From Promethearchaeati archaeon (lineage in GTDB: Archaea > Asgardarchaeota > Heimdallarchaeia > JABLTI01), in assembly GCA_013166835.1 (NCBI GenBank), contig JABLTI010000134.1, positions 1 to 10,699 of the forward strand: a stretch of 10,699 bases of DNA, given 5' to 3'. Every line of letters starts with the position of its first letter. Position 1 is the first letter of the stretch. The notes beneath the pieces are model-generated. The model worked only from the letters and a program-made list of their open reading frames with translations, did no database searches and was not told where the DNA came from. Shown piece by piece: positions 8,072 to 10,699 of the stretch. The translations under genes were made by a program, and so were the position numbers.

Positions 8072-8518
8072 TTGGAACAAGATCCTATTAAAAAAGCACG
8101 AGAGATGTTTCTTGACATTGATAATTGTGCTCAAGCAGTTTTTAGAACAATCCTTGAGGAAAAAGAACTCTATTTTGAGCAAGCACCAATTGCTGCGGCT
8201 GGTTTTGGTGGAGGAATTAGTAGAAGAGGTGAAATGTGTGGTTCTTTGACTGGGGCAATTATGGCGATTGGTATACTTCAAAATCAAAAATACCCAGAAC
8301 CAGTTGAACATAGAAAATATACCTATGAATCAGTAGGTGAATTAATTGATAAATTCAATGCAATTCATGGATCTCCGATTTGTAATGATTTAGTAGGTTT
8401 TGATGTAAGAGATCCAGAAGCGAGAAAGAAAGGAAACGACGAAGGAGTTTTCAAAAACATTTGTCCGAAATTTGTTGAAGATGCTGTTAGAATTGTTCTT
8501 GAAATGTTTCCTGATTAA
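8072..8518 (+). CDS. C_GCAxxG_C_C family putative redox-active protein
   Basis: NCAQAV...GFGGGISRRGEMCGSLTGAIMAIG...ICNDL...IC matches the family. A strong SD-like AGGAGGT at 8059-8065 precedes TTG 8072. Confidence 0.9.
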   Translation: MEQDPIKKAREMFLDIDNCAQAVFRTILEEKELYFEQAPIAAAGFGGGISRRGEMCGSLTGAIMAIGILQNQKYPEPVEHRKYTYESVGELIDKFNAIHGSPICNDLVGFDVRDPEARKKGNDEGVFKNICPKFVEDAVRIVLEMFPD

Positions 8519-8620
8519 CATACGCTCTTTATTTTTGGTAAATCTTGATTAGCAAGGATTTAAAAATTCGTATACGTAGTACAAATCGAAATAGTTCAAT
8601 TATTTGGTGGAAGGGACTTA

Positions 8621-8833
8621 ATGGCTCAATATACTTTGCAAAGTGAATTGGCAATAGCAGTCTTAGTAGTTGTTTGGAATGTTGTTTTGCTCTATTTGGG
8701 AATCATGAATATTATTTTGGATCCATTGAGTGTTTGGGGATATATGTTCTTTTTAATGGGAATTTTCGTTGACTTCTTCATTCTTAGTTGTAGTGTAAGA
8801 TTTCATCGACACAGTTATTCTAGGGTTCCTTAG
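8621..8833 (+). CDS. Small hypothetical membrane protein (2 predicted TM helices)
   Basis: An ATG-started 70-aa ORF fills the intergenic space. It has two hydrophobic stretches (LAIAVLVVVWNVVLLYLGIMNIIL; VWGYMFFLMGIFVDFFIL) and a basic tail. A TATA-like TTTAAAAA lies at about 8558-8566. Confidence 0.6.
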   Translation: MAQYTLQSELAIAVLVVVWNVVLLYLGIMNIILDPLSVWGYMFFLMGIFVDFFILSCSVRFHRHSYSRVP

Positions 8834-8856
8834 AGTAACAGTAGATTTCTAGGATA

Positions 8857-10698
8857 CTAGGAATTGCTTTTCATTTTTCTTTTCTTACTAACGAATATAA
8901 TTATGGGAAAGAAAAATACAAGCTGCCAAATATTGAAAGTCATCTTCGGTGTTGGTTCATTCGGATTATTTATTTCTATTGTGAAATCACCGACTCCCTC
9001 ATATCCACAAATTTCCAAAATAAAGGTAATAGAACTTGTGCTTGTATGATTATATATCATTGATAAAATTTCACCAAAACCTTCCGCAGGCATAAAGAAA
9101 AGTATTCTCCAATCCTCATCATATATGGTTAGTTGATAATTAGCAGATTCAGTATTAGTTAAAGAAATTGTGTTATTTCCATAAGGAATATCTATTTGGA
9201 AATAATGATTCAAATACTGTTTAAAGTGTTCTTGTTCATCGCCATTTATTGATCCACCTGAAGACGTAAATGGAGAATTACAAAGGAGATTAATCGCATC
9301 ATATTCTTTTACTACTAAATCAAAATTTGATGTTAAAGCTTTGCTGGAAACCATTATAAGATAGAAACCAGTTTCAAGAAGAAATCTACAGCATTCAGCA
9401 GTTGCATCTTCAGGATTTATTAAGTAACTCCCACCTATGAATTCATGAACGCCATACATATCGAATTCAAAAACTTTGATATCAACTTCGCCCATTGTAA
9501 TTGAACAATAGAATTCGTAGAAAGATTTCTCCCAAATATTAATTCTATAAATTTGTACAGAGTTCTGTTGGATAGAGCAATCTTCCTTAATATCTTCTAA
9601 ACTGAGCATTAGCGGTTCCATATTAGATGTAGTAAGACTGTTTTCGTAATAGTAGGTTAGGAATTCATCCCACAAAGTATCTACTTGCCAATCCATTCCA
9701 GTACAAAAACTCAGCCTATTTGTGTAATCAGTGAAGAATTCCTCAGAGGTAACATCAAAAGGCATGTACAAAGTAAGACCGTTTGCACTACCAAGATAGC
9801 CCGGATGTTGCCAGTTAAACACTACTGCTTCACCAAGAAATTCCAATAATTCTTCAGCAGCAAGATTAAGAGATGGATAATCCAAAAAACTGATTATATT
9901 ATCAACGAATGAGATGAAATCAATCCAAAAATCATCATAGAAATCATAGGTAATTTCTCTACAAAAAGAAAAAATATCATCGATATTATTTCCTTCCAGA
10001 GCAGCAATTAATTCAGTAATAAACGAATTAATTATTTCTGGAATGTCTATGAATTGTGTTTGATTAATAACTGACAAGCAAGTCATGTATGTGTATTGAT
10101 AATGGTCTGAATAGGCATCAACCATTAGTTCACAAAGTGAACTTGCATTAATACTAGGATCAGATTTTAGGCCCTCGATAATTAGCCTGTAGGGATAACC
10201 ATTAGTACCATCTTCTGAAGCAATAAAATACTTGCAAAGATTCCTCAGTTCCCATGCTACTTCAGCTGTAATCATATTACATGCATCCATTGAAATTATG
10301 TCAATTTCCTCTGAAGAAGAAGCAAGGGCATTTGCTATTGCATTTTGTACATCATTAGCTATAAAGTGAGACATACTTGTCTCATCATCAATAACCCCAT
10401 AAGCTGCGTGACCATGATTCCATAAATCAAGAATATAATTCTCAGCTGGAAAATTTGTGAAGCTATAATTTATGAAGTTTATTAGAGTAATTGGATTAGC
10501 CATATCCACTTCTCCCAAATCCACCATAAGTTGAGAGTCAATTGTCGTTGCTGATATATCATCTGTGATGTTGTATATTCTACTTCCATTCCAGTTACCA
10601 TGGGTATTATCATAACCAGGGATTCGGTCAAGTAATACAACAATGCTAATGTTTTCATCAGAACCACCTGCTTCTTCTAACCACTCAAAATCTCTTAT
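8857..10698 (-). CDS. Clostripain-family (peptidase C11) cysteine protease with C-terminal beta-rich domains and a membrane anchor; 5' end lies outside the window
   Basis: The catalytic His motif LDLWNHGHA, Cys motif IISMDACNM..AEVAWEL and ASE motif are present. The frame is open upstream of the called Met to the window edge (IRDFEWLEEAGGSDENISIVVLLDRIPGYD...GEVDMANP), which is typical C11 N-terminal sequence. The C-terminus is a hydrophobic helix followed by KKRK. Confidence 0.9.
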   Translation of the reverse strand: MRDFEWLEEAGGSDENISIVVLLDRIPGYDNTHGNWNGSRIYNITDDISATTIDSQLMVDLGEVDMANPITLINFINYSFTNFPAENYILDLWNHGHAAYGVIDDETSMSHFIANDVQNAIANALASSSEEIDIISMDACNMITAEVAWELRNLCKYFIASEDGTNGYPYRLIIEGLKSDPSINASSLCELMVDAYSDHYQYTYMTCLSVINQTQFIDIPEIINSFITELIAALEGNNIDDIFSFCREITYDFYDDFWIDFISFVDNIISFLDYPSLNLAAEELLEFLGEAVVFNWQHPGYLGSANGLTLYMPFDVTSEEFFTDYTNRLSFCTGMDWQVDTLWDEFLTYYYENSLTTSNMEPLMLSLEDIKEDCSIQQNSVQIYRINIWEKSFYEFYCSITMGEVDIKVFEFDMYGVHEFIGGSYLINPEDATAECCRFLLETGFYLIMVSSKALTSNFDLVVKEYDAINLLCNSPFTSSGGSINGDEQEHFKQYLNHYFQIDIPYGNNTISLTNTESANYQLTIYDEDWRILFFMPAEGFGEILSMIYNHTSTSSITFILEICGYEGVGDFTIEINNPNEPTPKMTFNIWQLVFFFPIIIFVSKKRKMKSNS

Positions 10699-10699
10699 T

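Noticed and set aside
6705-9049. ORFs 6705-6902 (-), 8069-8311 (-) and 8864-9049 (+)
   Set aside because: They are antisense to the permease, C_GCAxxG_C_C and clostripain genes.
10482-10667. 61-aa minus ORF as a separate gene or as evidence of a frameshift in the protease
   Set aside because: The protease frame itself is open to the window edge with C11-like sequence, so this is an alternative-frame overlap. Met 10527 is internal.
1-10699. CRISPR array, tRNA/rRNA, IS element or tandem repeats
   Set aside because: Intergenic gaps are all under about 160 bp. I saw no spaced direct repeats, cloverleaf, transposase or terminal inverted repeats by eye.

Overview
AT-rich window that looks like archaeal chromosome. 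TATA/BRE-like promoters, T-tract terminators, sequon-rich acidic ectodomains and the gene mix suggest an Asgard/Heimdallarchaeia-like genome, but this is inference. From left to right: (1) a tightly coupled minus-strand operon of an ArsR-wHTH/GyrI-like fusion regulator, a Pol-beta-type nucleotidyltransferase-fold protein and a divergent UvrA that runs off the left edge and is missing from the ORF track; (2) divergently, a CxxC peroxiredoxin-like protein and a stand-alone 4-Cys TSCPD-type protein; (3) a TetR regulator with a 20-bp palindromic operator, followed by a LolD/MacB-type ABC ATPase and a large FtsX-type permease broken by a frameshift near 7103-7140; (4) a C_GCAxxG_C_C redox protein and a 70-aa membrane protein; (5) a convergent, membrane-anchored clostripain-family (C11) protease that runs off the right edge. 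No RNA genes, CRISPR arrays or mobile elements were recognised. The best candidate for an undescribed system is the ArsR-GyrI / NTase / UvrA operon, a possible ligand-inducible genotoxin or antibiotic defence module.
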